DNA of 64,000 bases, from positions 77,192,001 to 77,256,000 of the forward strand of contig CM052817.1 of the NCBI GenBank assembly GCA_028534125.1, given 5' to 3'. The DNA is from Lama glama. Taxonomy: Eukaryota. This document shows positions 48,638 through 60,869 of this stretch, piece by piece; the stretch's first letter is position 1; every line of letters starts with the position of its first letter. The translations under genes and the position numbers were made by a program. The notes beneath the pieces were generated by a model. That model was given only the letters and a program-made list of their open reading frames with translations, was not told where the DNA came from and did not search any database.

Positions 48638-51600
48638 GTAGGACAACCGAAGAGATGTTATCACCGATCTGGGCTGGGAAGGAAGGCATGAAAGCAACCT
48701 GTTGTTGGTTTTTTCAAGTTCTAATGCAGAAGTCCGTATATAAGTTTGATTTTGGAGCAGACATAGAATTTTTCTAGGTGTTTTTGTTCGTTTGTTTTTT
48801 CCCCAAAGAAACTCTGGAGAGTAACATACAGCATTATGTAATTAACCAGCAATTAATAGGGGGAAAAAGAGCGCTATATTTATCAGCTGAAGAAAAGCCT
48901 AGTTAATCAGCTTCTCCGACAACCAGCAAGACACTTGGGAACGTTTCTTCTAGGCAATATTAGAATATACAGCTACGTTATTGTTTCACGTCCCTTTGCT
49001 TGGCTCTAGCAGGGGAGAAATGCTCAGTTCAGCATAACCAATTGGCTTGGCTATTTTGAGGACTCTTATGAAGGGTTGGTAATGACATTTATTATAATAG
49101 AGCGTTCATGAGAAGGCAAAATTGGGGCAGTAATTTTTAAAATGTGATGAAGATGTCATAAAATCTATTTGAAGAATATTCTTTTAAGGTTTTGGCAAAT
49201 AAATGCAAAAATCCAAGTACTCTGTTCCATCATGTGTATTCTTCTTGTTAAATCCTCAAAATAAAAACTCAAAGACACTGGGAATATATTGTTAAGTAAC
49301 TTAGAGGTAACTTTGAAATGCATCTATTAGTGATTTAAAGTATTTTAGATGTTTTTGATTCTCTTAGATTGCTGTTTTTAGTTCAGAATGCTTACTGGTT
49401 TGCTTGAGGGGATCTGATATGGTCTAATTGTGATTCAGTTAAAACACAATTTTAAATGCATGAAAATAAGCAGACTTTTATCTGATTTTAATACTAAATT
49501 GGAGTACTACATGAAAGAACATGTTTGATTAAATTTTCACTTTATACTTAATGTTAAAAATAGTTCTAGATCTTTAGGAAGTATATGGACCACGGGCCTT
49601 TGTAGTTATTCTTCTTTTCCTTTGGCTTTTTTATTTGTTTTTTAAAAAATGTTCACTGTGAAGAAAGGAATTTCTTTGAAATTTTCTGCTCGCAGGTTTC
49701 CATCGGAAAATTCTTTCATAATGCGATGGTGGAATCCTGCCACCTAGTGAAAATTTCAAACATCAAAGATGAAGCATAAAATGGGAGATGAAAAGCAGAA
49801 ATTTTTAGAACCAGAAAGCTGCTCAGAGATCCCCAGTTCAACCTGCTAATTTTAGATGAGGAAAGAACCTAGAGAGGTTAAGTAATTTGCCTTGGGACTT
49901 CGGCTTGGAACTGGCAGAGTGATTAAAGGGTACAGAAAGGTGGTAGGTTTCACTGTGCTTCTTTAGGAGTCAATGGCAGGCAACATCAGACAAAATATTA
50001 ATGCGTAATTCAGCATATGTAGATTCATGAGACTGAGTGGATTTTTGCTGGGTCTAGGAAAGCAGTTGGCTGGCTCCCATTCCTGAGATTTGGGTTCTAA
50101 TTACAGCTCTGATCTATCCTGCGGCCGGGCCTGAGACAAGTCACCCTTTCTGACTCACCTAGGCGGATGTGTGTGTGTGTAGAAGGGAAAGAGAGACAAA
50201 GATTTTGAGTAGGGTGGGAAAGGAGGAAGTGTGGAGGAAACTAGACATTACTATTGCTGAGGTTCTGTGTTGCTTAGTTTTCTACAGCCCTACTAGTGTA
50301 CAGTTTTAAACCACTTGCCTACCAGTTAAAATGTAGGGATAGAAGTGGCTAGAAGGTATGATTCCTGGTGGCTCTTTCACAGCCAGATCTTTAGAATGGG
50401 TAGTGGGTTCTCCTGAGTTCTTGACGTGCTTATTTCAAAGTGGAACCACTGTGTGGCGATTTTTTGAAGAATTGAAGCAAATTGCTAGTGAAGGGGGCTT
50501 TGCAGGCATTTCTCTGCGGATAGCATTTCTATTACCAGGATTCAGAGAAGCTATTAGTCTGTATGAAGGTCAGAAAATTCAGTTCTGCTCTCCCCCAAAT
50601 CCTCAAATACCTAGGAAATATATTTTTAGTTTTAAAAAGAGAATTATATTAAAGCTTCAGGATGTTTGCTTTAATTTTTTAGTTTGATATGATAGTTAAA
50701 GTTATTGATTTTAAAATATCATTATGAAAGCATCTGGATGTTTTCCTTAATTACTGTGTGTGTAAAAGAGAGAGAGATGATAGTGTATAGTTTTTTTCTA
50801 TGTGTAAAAAGTGACTAGAGAGCCTTCTAAAGAAGATGTAATTTCTAAATTACTATGGCAATGCCCACTTTTCTTGGTCTAGTTTTTCCTTAATTAAAAC
50901 ACTATATTTAATTTCTTATATTCACATTATTTATTCTAGAAAACCCTTGGAACAAAGTGCTTGTCACTTTCTTATGTTGTCAAGGCCGTGGCTTCACTGG
51001 GATCACTGTTTTTCATTTAAAACATTAAGTCAACTCAGTTCTAGTACTGGTCTCTTATTGGGTTCCAGGTGAAGTGTATATTGCTTGGCATAGACGTTCT
51101 CCTCTTCCAATGATTGGTGAAACTTATTAGAGCCAAGTTACCTCCAAGTAGGAGGATGTAGAGGCAAGAGACAGAAAGGCTGGGTAGGGGATAGTTGCTG
51201 GCAAACAAAATGCTCACACTTTTGAAGAGCACACAGAAGAATAATTTGGGAATTAAAGAAAATATTTTCAAACAAAACTTCAGACAGTGCTTAAAATCAT
51301 TCCCCTTAAAATGGGTATGTTACAGAGCAGTTCTATAGATAACAAGTTTTGGCTTGTAAATATCTAGTGTTTAGATTTTCAATAATTCTGTATAAAAGGG
51401 TAGTTTAACAAGCTGAAGTAGCAAAAAAAAACTAGTCTACTATTATTAAGAATGATCAGAAATTTAACAGCTTTCTAATTCCTAGTAAATATCATTCCAG
51501 TGATATGTTTAGTCATTTTTGAAAGATGTTTAAAAGTTTTTAGTATTTGACTGGCTGGCTGAACAGTAGGAAAGCCCCAACTTTTCAAGATCACTAACAG

Positions 51601-54600
51601 AAATATTAATAATAAAAATTTTCATTGGCATTGAAGCTCAAGGCCATAAAATTCATTTGTTTTCAAGATACACTGAATTTTTTTAAAGGCCCAAATAATC
51701 AGTAACATAATCCTGGTTTTATGTTGTAAATACATGTGATTGGAAACAAACATTTCTAATACAGGGTCATAAGAGCATTCTGCAAGGTATATTTCCAAGA
51801 GATCATCCATAGAAACAAATTTATCTGGACATAATTACAACATAAAACCTCACTGTGTGTTTGCAGATGTTTTTATAAAAGCATGTTAGCACTTTTACTT
51901 TATAAAACTTCTTTTTTTGAAACATGTACTTAAATGGCTATTTCTCTGGACGTACTCTTGGAAAATCACTTTGGAAAATCTCCACATAAAGAAATGGGGG
52001 GAAATTTTTGTTTTGCAAACAAATCTTATGAACAATTCAGAAATAACTTGCATTTTGAAAATAATAAACAAAAAAATGTTCAGACTATTTATCCTTTACA
52101 AGTTTTAATGCTTAGAAATGTAAGCTTTCTTTAAAAATATAGACCAGTATGGTACTTATTACAGTGAATTCAGAGTTTCAAACAACTTTATTAACACTGA
52201 AATGACAAATTACAATCCTTCACTTTATGAGGCATAGATGGATTTAATGAGTTTGATCTATTATTGTATATCCTCTCTTTAAACGTTTGAATAAAAATGT
52301 GTTTAGGCAAAGCATAACATAATTCTTATCCCTTAGTGCCATGAGTGAGCTTTCTAAAATGTTTCAAATAAAATAATTCAAGAAACGTAGCTATTTCTCA
52401 AGGGAAAAATAAGAAAGATTTTGATGTGTTTGAATATGTATATTTCAGGATAAAACTTCTTACTATACAGAAAGCTAGGAACATCTTTATTAGTAAATAT
52501 GACTGATCACTTCGTTTTTTAAAATTGATTTTTAGGCACTTTCTAGAAATTCTAAAAACAGTTATGCTTATAGAAGTCTGTGCATGCTAGCTAAATCTAT
52601 TAAGCACATGTTATATAAAATTTTTATTTTGGAATTGCATGTTTTAAGACAAATCACTGTTTGTTGAAAGACAAGGAGATAAAATAATGACTATGACTCT
52701 GCATGAACTTTGTCATTATCTAGACATAATCCATATGTGGCTTGCATTTATCAAGCTCTTGTCATGTGCCAGGAAATGTTCCAGGAACATCCCTGGTAGG
52801 CTGTCTTCTTTGTCAGTGCAGTTGGCCTGCCTAGTGAACAGTGGAATGGGCGGTGGAGAAAAGCAGGTGGGGGGTATAAAACTGGAGAAAGATGCAGAGG
52901 GTGGGGAGAGAAAAAGAGACACAGACAGAGGCAGAGAGAGAGAGATGGAATAGGAACTTGCCCATTTGGTAAGGCAAGGATCCTTGCATTTCCCGTGGAT
53001 GAATGACTATCACAGAAAGTCATTGGCAGGACTTGAGCCATCTTGCTTGGCCTACCCAGAAAGGCCAAGCTATTAGCCAGAGGCTGGCAGTGCAAGCTGG
53101 CTTAAAGAACTACTGGGGGCTTGGAAGGGATAGAGAAGTGTTGGACAGGAGCCCTATTTCCTGTGTTAGGGAATTATGCAGGGCAAAGCCCTCCAGGGCT
53201 CCGAGAAGAAATGACACAACTGTCCCAGCATTTGGACACCAGCTGCAGAGAGGACAGTGTGGCCACTCAACATTAATCAGAGAAGCACAACAACCGACAA
53301 AGAGAGAAATGCTACCTCATTCAGTTACGAATAAATAGATCTACCTTCCCCCTCCTTCTCCAGTCTACCTTCTTGCCTTCAGGCTGGGAGGAGCTGGAGG
53401 GAGGCAGGTAAAGAGCAAACAACACTCTCCTCTCTGTGCTGAGCCCTGGAGCCACAAGCCAGCCACAGTGCTTAGGGAGAGAGCTTACAGCCAGACGTTA
53501 GATCAAAGCTGTAATCGGACTAGACTGTTTTAATAGCTGAAAGTCACCAGAAATGCATGGGATCTGACCAAAGTATTATTAAGGAGGGTATTTGGCTTTA
53601 TTGTAGTTGAAAGCACTTACTGGAAGAAGTAAAGCAGTTTCACATTTATAACTGAATGATTGACACTTTTCAGAAACGTCAGTTCCATCACACAAGTTCA
53701 TATTATCAATCACATGTACCTAATGTATGTTAGCTGGAAAACTTATCACCAACTCATATGATTTCCATCAATGATCATGTTGGAGCTATTGTTTCTAGAT
53801 AGAATGAATGAAAATCTGTCTTTGGACTTAATAAAAAAATGTAAACTACTCCTTCTTCCTTTTCTTCTTTTGCTGAATGTGAATCAGTACTTTAATAACC
53901 TGGGATGTGTTTTGCTATTAAGCAGATGCATACCCTTCGGTTAGTCTAAAGAGGTGTTTCTTGAACATTTGCCATTAGAGGCTAGAACTCTCAAGTTAGA
54001 AGTGAGTACTCTCAACTTTTTATTTGCTATTAAACTAAGGCAATTTTTAAAAAAAGAAAGTCATATTGGAAATACCAAAAGTCAGTACGTGATTTCACTA
54101 GGACATACACATTATATCTAACTGGATAAGATTTGCATATTTTTCATGGTAATGGTTTTAAAAGACAGATTAGCTTCCAAAATAATTTACCGCCCTCTGT
54201 TAGTTAATGTGTTGAAGAATATAAGCTAATTTAAGAATATAAGCTAATTTATATATTTAGCTAAAAATACTTCATGTATGTATATCTTACAACTGTCTAA
54301 GTCTGTTAACATATGTTATGTCATTTGATACCGGTGGGGTAAGCAAAGTTTGTTACTCTTAGTTTATAGATGAAAAAAATTGATCCTGAGGAAATTTATT
54401 TGCAGAAAAATTATATAAAACTGTCTAAAGTCAAATCTTAATTCCCTCCCTCTAGCAAGGGCATCATACCACTCTGCATCAGCCAGGGTAAGAGAACAGG
54501 CTATCATTTAGTAATGCTGAAAACTGCAGTGACTTTGATACAGAATCGTATCAAATCGAATGTCATCAATCTAAGATTTGATCCTTAAAAACATTTATGA

Positions 54601-57366
54601 TGATTTCTTTCAATGGGCCTGAGGACAAAGATTACAGGAAATTCATCTCTAGGTTAATGTGCAATGAGAGGCAAGACTGGAAAGGGACCTGGTTTACTTG
54701 TAAATAAACCTGAAAAATACATGGACTCCAAAATGTTTATTGTATCTATTCTGACAGATTTGTAATGAAACCAAATGCCATGAGATTTTTGTAAAAGGAA
54801 TTGGAGAATTCCTGCATCAGCTTCATTAAACAATCTGAAAGAGTAAACAACTTCATGAAGTTAGAAGCTCATCTGAGAAACAGAAATAACATTTGCTCTT
54901 TGGGGGATATCTCATCGTTTGACCACCTCAATGAGAACATACTTGTAGTACTGAATTACCTTAGGCACTTTATTTTTCTAAATTATTTGCCATTCTTTTC
55001 CTATTGTTAAAAAGCAGAGATGGCCAGAGTCTCCTCAAACTGTATCTTCAAGGTCTTTGTGTACTCCCTTGGCATGTGGCAGATCATTGGCCATATAGAT
55101 GGAGTTTGGTGTTATTATGGTCTGGATGTAGTTTTCCTTAACTATTGTATAAATCTGGTATGTTTCAGATAAAGTACTAAAAAATGTGGTGGATTTACTG
55201 TTTGAAACATTATAAATGAAAGATTGTGTCACTTGATTATATAACAAATACTTTTCCTATCCATTGGTCTTTGGTTTTTATAATCCTACTCACCCATGAC
55301 TAGCATTTCCACTTTTATTTGGAAGCAATTTTATCAGGTACTGACCTGATAAAATAATATATTGGATGAGTTTTCCTGAACAGAACTATGCGTTTATGTT
55401 CTATCTGATTCTGCCTAGAAAATACTCCTTCTTTTTATCAAAATTCAAGAATACCTGGCTTGAATTTCACCTTTTTAGGACCCAGATTTTTTTTTCCAGA
55501 AGAAATCTATAATAAATGGTCAGAGTGTCATTTTCCTCCAAACATATTATTGCCTTTAACAGCACTTTCTGGAGATAATTTTATTTAAAAAAAAACTCAT
55601 ATTGATGTTTATAGGGTGTTGGGCACTTCTTTAATCACCTTTTAAATATAATGAGAGAACCTTGTGAGATTACCCCATTTAAGATCCCCATTACAAAGGC
55701 AAAAAGTGATTAAGTGACTTCCAGATCGCATGGGTAGGCTGAGGTTTACCTAGTTTGGCTCCAAAGTTTGTCTTCTAAGCTCCTACACACGATACTTTTG
55801 GATCTACTCTAGTTTGAACAGCCAGTTTAAGAGGGAAAGAAGGATCTAAACAGACCCTGATGGAAAGATTTTTGCGGTCCATAAACCAAACCTACTTCTG
55901 TTCTGACATTAAATGTATTTTCACTAATTTTTAAATTAGTGTCAAATCATTTTATTTGAAACTTTTATTTCTGGAACAAGTAATTTAGGAAATGAAATAG
56001 AAACAAGTAATTTAGGAAATGAAGTTAGGAAATAGAAACAGACTATAAACTTTCATAATTCTGTCTTCTGAAAGATAGATTAAAATTTTTTTCTTAATAT
56101 TTCCTACATCTTCTTAAAAAACAAGACATGCTACTTTATTTTTGAAGCAATACGTTTCTAGCACTAGGACCATGTTTGAGAATTTTTAATCATGTAGTTC
56201 AAGACATATTAAAGGGGTATAAAGCCAACACATTGAGGTGGTACTGACTTTACCTCCTCAATAGCTCTCTTTTCATTTCCTGCTTAGTGTGCCTACTCCC
56301 GCTGCTTCAGCTCAGGCTCTCACTAGTTGTCTCTTAGATAACTACCTCGGCCTTTAGCTGTCTCCCTGTTTCAGGTTTCACATTCCTCAGGTTCATGCCA
56401 CAGAGGGCTGCCAGAGAGATTTTTCTAAATCACCTGTTATACCACTGCTTAAAATACTTCAAAGCCTCCCCATCATAGTCATCAAAATAACCATAACATG
56501 AAAAAAAACTTCTGTACGAATAAGTGCTTTATAAATTATTTCATTCACAATGGCCCTAACTATCCTTTTTTTTTTTTTTTTTTTTCACAGACAAGGAAAC
56601 TGAGCCTTAGAGAGGTTAGGTAAATAACTTAAGGTCATACAGCAGGTCCAGGCAGGTCCAGGCATGTCCAGGGCAGAGGCCAGTGGGATGCCCAACGCAC
56701 ATGTTCTGAATGGCTCCCTGCACTTCCTGTATCATTACAACATGTTTTATAGATTTCAGTATACATTTAAATATGAGTTTTTATAAAAGTAATCATATTG
56801 ATGATATCCTGCAGCACTTTTGCTCTTCTACCCTCAATTTATTTTGCTGTATGAACTTGCCTACAAATAATGCACTGAATGAATGTTATGTGAGGCATCT
56901 TCACTACCTTACCCAAAAATCTTTTCCTTGTTAATCCCTGTTAAAGCAGCTACTTCATCAGTGTTTTTATTTGCATTTTGCCGTAAAATATTGATTTCTT
57001 TTTAAATTAAAGAATTTATTTACTTTGAGAACTTACCTCCAGTATTCTTCCTCATTGGCTTTCCAAAGGAGTAGTTCTTCATCTATTTCAGTATTGAAAT
57101 AGAATCTAGAAAATACTGTAGCCTGGGTCATACTGAAAACATGTTGTTTTATCTAACTTTACAGCAAAATTCCTCCAACATGTAGGTTGTTCTGATATTA
57201 TTTCTATCAATTTCCTTGTTCTTTTTTCTTTGTATCTTCAATGATATTTACTCACTAAAAAATAGATCTAGGTTTATTGCCATATTGCATTATTTTAGCA
57301 ATTTTTAAATGCATCCATGAGGAATTTTCTATACACTATCATTTGGTTTAAATTCTGTAATGTTTT

Positions 57367-57472
57367 CGGAGGGGGGAAGGTAGAGCACATGCTTAGCATG
57401 CATGAGGTCCTGGGTCCAATCCCCAGTACCCCCTCCAAAAAAAATTAATAAACCTAATTACCCCTCCCTCAA
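57367..57472 (+). mobile_element. vic-1-like SINE in SYNPO2 intron 1 with perfect 18-bp TSD
   Basis: ggtagagcacatgcttagcatgcatgaggtcctgggtccaatcccc. taaattctgtaatgtttt at 57349-57366 and 57473-57490. Confidence 0.9.
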
Positions 57473-60400
57473 TAAATTCTGTAATGTTTTAAAACTGAGG
57501 ACTGCCTGACTTCAACCATTGTTGAACAAACAAATCTTGAAGTTTTTCAAGCTCTGGATGTTTGGTTATTAAATATCTTCTTAGTCCTGACTAGACATCA
57601 TACTAACATTAGCTAATATCATAGAGCACAATAAAGCGAAGTTCCTCTCTAACAACAGTGGCTATAAGTCCATATTCCAAATAATGTTCTCAGTAATTCT
57701 GAGTATTTTACTTACCTGTCACATATGACTGAACAGTAATGGTGTTTAATCTTGCTACATGGCTGATGAAGAGTTTCTGAAGGAATACAGGAGAGGGGCT
57801 CTGCCGTATTCTTTCTCTCTTGTGCCTGAAATGTAAATGTTATCTTTAATCAATAGCTTCCTTTCAGGAATTTTTTAAAACTTGTGTCATTTTGTGAGGG
57901 TGAAAATAACATGGAAATTCATTTAATCAAGCACCATAAAACATAATATATTGCAATATGTTGAAAGGGAATGAACATGTGATGGAAACTCTTTCCCCTC
58001 TGCCTTGCTGGGAGGTCTCCTGTTTGGTGGGGTCACCTCAAGCACTATATGAAATTCATAACTCTCTGGACCAGACTAGACCAGGGTACTGGTGTCAATC
58101 CATAAATTAAAAGCAGATTAAACATTAGTTAGTGCTTATTTCCATCTCATTTTTTGGTTGAGAATAAATGTCCATGGGAGTTCCAGCTGGCTTGTCAGAT
58201 ATGTTGGGGAGGCCTTCCAGGCACAGAGCACTACAAGGACAAGAGGCCTGGGACAGAAGTGTGCTTGGCACATTCAAGGAACCACAGAGATGCCAGTGTA
58301 GCTGGCATATATATATATGAAAAATTGCTATAAGAAGTCCAGTCTTTCACAGTGATAAAAATGAAAAACTCTCCTGGGAACCCCAACCATGTGGTTATTT
58401 TTCCACCGTTAAATGATTAACACTCTGGTCCTAGAGAACGACTTTGAGCTGTCATCTTCGTATTTCCTCTTCATCCATTTCAGCTTTTTGTGATGTAGCA
58501 GCCTGCTGACCAGTCTTTAGAACATTTTATTTAAATGACTAATCACCACCGCCTCCTGTGTAGAAGTTTGGCTAAAAATTATATTCATCTTTCCTCTTCC
58601 TCTGAAATTGATTCTCCCAGTGAGAGAAGAAGAATTTAAGGAGTGTCAAAGAGAATTTGATACATACATCCTGTTTATTTTGACTTCAATATCAGACATA
58701 GAGCAAAGAAGAATTTTATTATATTTTCGAGAGTGCCTTAATTTGATTTCTCCTTCAAAAAAGAGGTGATCTTATTTAGATATTGTTTGGAAACGGACTC
58801 CTTGAAAGGATAAAAGCATTTTAATGCTGGCTACCACTTACTGTATAGCTTTAAACACATTTTTCTTAGCCTCAGTTTCTCCATCTGTAAAGTGGGGTAC
58901 TATGTAATGGAATTACTGTTTTTGTACATTAAAAATGTCACCAGTTTTACAGACTAGGAATCTGAGACCAAAGGAATCTGTTAATATATTTTGTGCTACT
59001 TTTCAAAGATTATATATTAAGATAATACTTGACACATAGTAATCATGCCATAAAGGAGTCTGTCATTGTTATTATTATTCTAATTGGAGGAGGAAGCAAT
59101 TGTCTTCTACGCAAATCTATTTCCTTCAGATATTAAGAAAAGCAGTAATCTAGTCCCCTGTACTCCAGATATACGCATATAAGTTAAGAGCACAAAAGCC
59201 AAATAAATTATTTGTGATGATTCTTTTACCATGAGCAATTTTTCATTTTTGATAAAATGCTACGTTTCACAAAATGTTTGCAGTATCAGTTACTGACTGA
59301 GATTTCTTAAGGTAGTAAATCCTTAAGTTACATATTTTACAAGGCCAAATAAAATGATTGTCCCACTTAAAAACCATAGAGATTTTTAAAAGGGGAAATA
59401 CCTCAAGCTCTGAAGAATTAGTTGCATATAGTTATGTTGAGCTCTGTTTAGAGCAAGCCAACTCTAATTCTTTTGATTACATTAATCTCTGTGCCTCAGT
59501 TTTCTCATTTATAAAATGGGGATAGTGTTAGCACCTATCTCCAAGGCTTGTTTTCAGGATTAGAAATTGCACATGCAAATTACTTCACACATGGGAAACA
59601 TTCAGGATTTTTAAAAAGTTACTACTATCACATCTGTGGTTATTCTAATTTTATTTAACCAACCTTTATAAAATTGAAGGCTTATCTGCTGTCTTCCATG
59701 CAGTGCTTTTTGAGATCCAGATCTCAGTGTCATAGGAAGGGCTTCTGCAGTCCTCGGGGTCTCTCCCTGTGAGGTGGCACTTAATGGTTTAAGAATGTGG
59801 CCTTATGCTCACTGAGTAAGCCGTTGCCCTTTCATTGGAAACAGCATATGGAAATCATCACAAAGAGAAGGAATCATTTCAAGTGCTTTGAAAATATAAA
59901 AGAAAAATAAATTGTCCCCTAGTAAGTAAACATAGGACGTGATCTCTGAATAGTCGGGAGAACTCCGTGCCAGGGCCTTTGGGGGAGGCTAATGAGCATT
60001 TCAGTCCCTCCCCAACCTCCACCCACGCACTCTTGTCTTCTAAATTAGAAGAAGTTATTACTATATAAGGCTGCTTTTTCTAAGTAAATGGTGATAGTTA
60101 AAGTCTTGGTGTTTTTAGCTTTTCAAACAGTGGGGAATTATTTTCATCAGTCAAGATCAAGCGAAAATGTAAAGCGATTTGTGAAACGCATGGGCCTTGG
60201 GAGTCAGATACTACCATAGCAGTCACCTTTATTTTTATTTCTTTCATGAAAAACATAACATTTTCCACTGGATGGTGCTCAGCATGACTGATATTAGATT
60301 GAACTGTGTAAATATTATATTACACGTATTGGCTGCTGCAGGGAGTCAGAACGCAGTGATCCATTTTCAGGTCTCCAATCTTTTGGCCGCCTGCCTGCCA

Positions 60401-60823
60401 GATGGGGAAATGTTGATCAGAACAGTCTCATCCTGAGGCAGAGCTGCAATCTGGGAGAGCCAGCTCATTGCTGTCTGCTTCCTCTGCACCAAAATCACTA
60501 TGTAGCTTCACGCTGAATGAGTTACCAAGGGTTTCCTTCAGCTGCAGGCGCAGGGCTGAGAGTAGACGCAAATTCAGTTAAGGAGCCCATTAGGATATTT
60601 ATTCCATTCTGTTCTTTATTACCTTCCATTACTCTTCCCCGCTGCTTCTTTTTCTTATTTGAGAAGGAAAATTCCTTCTTTGCTGTCTTCACTGCCCCCA
60701 TTCTCCTAATTCTCATTCTTTCTTCATCTAGTTCTTGTTATGCTTCTCTTTGCCCCGTTGCTTCCTAAGCAAATGAAGATATCAAATCTGATGTTGCCTT
60801 ATCTGCAGAAGTAAAAGGACTGA

Positions 60824-60825
<2 letters not shown>

Positions 60826-60866
<41 letters not shown>
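60826..60866. repeat. (GT)~20 microsatellite
   Basis: Seen directly, uninterrupted. Confidence 0.97.
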
Positions 60867-60869
<3 letters not shown>

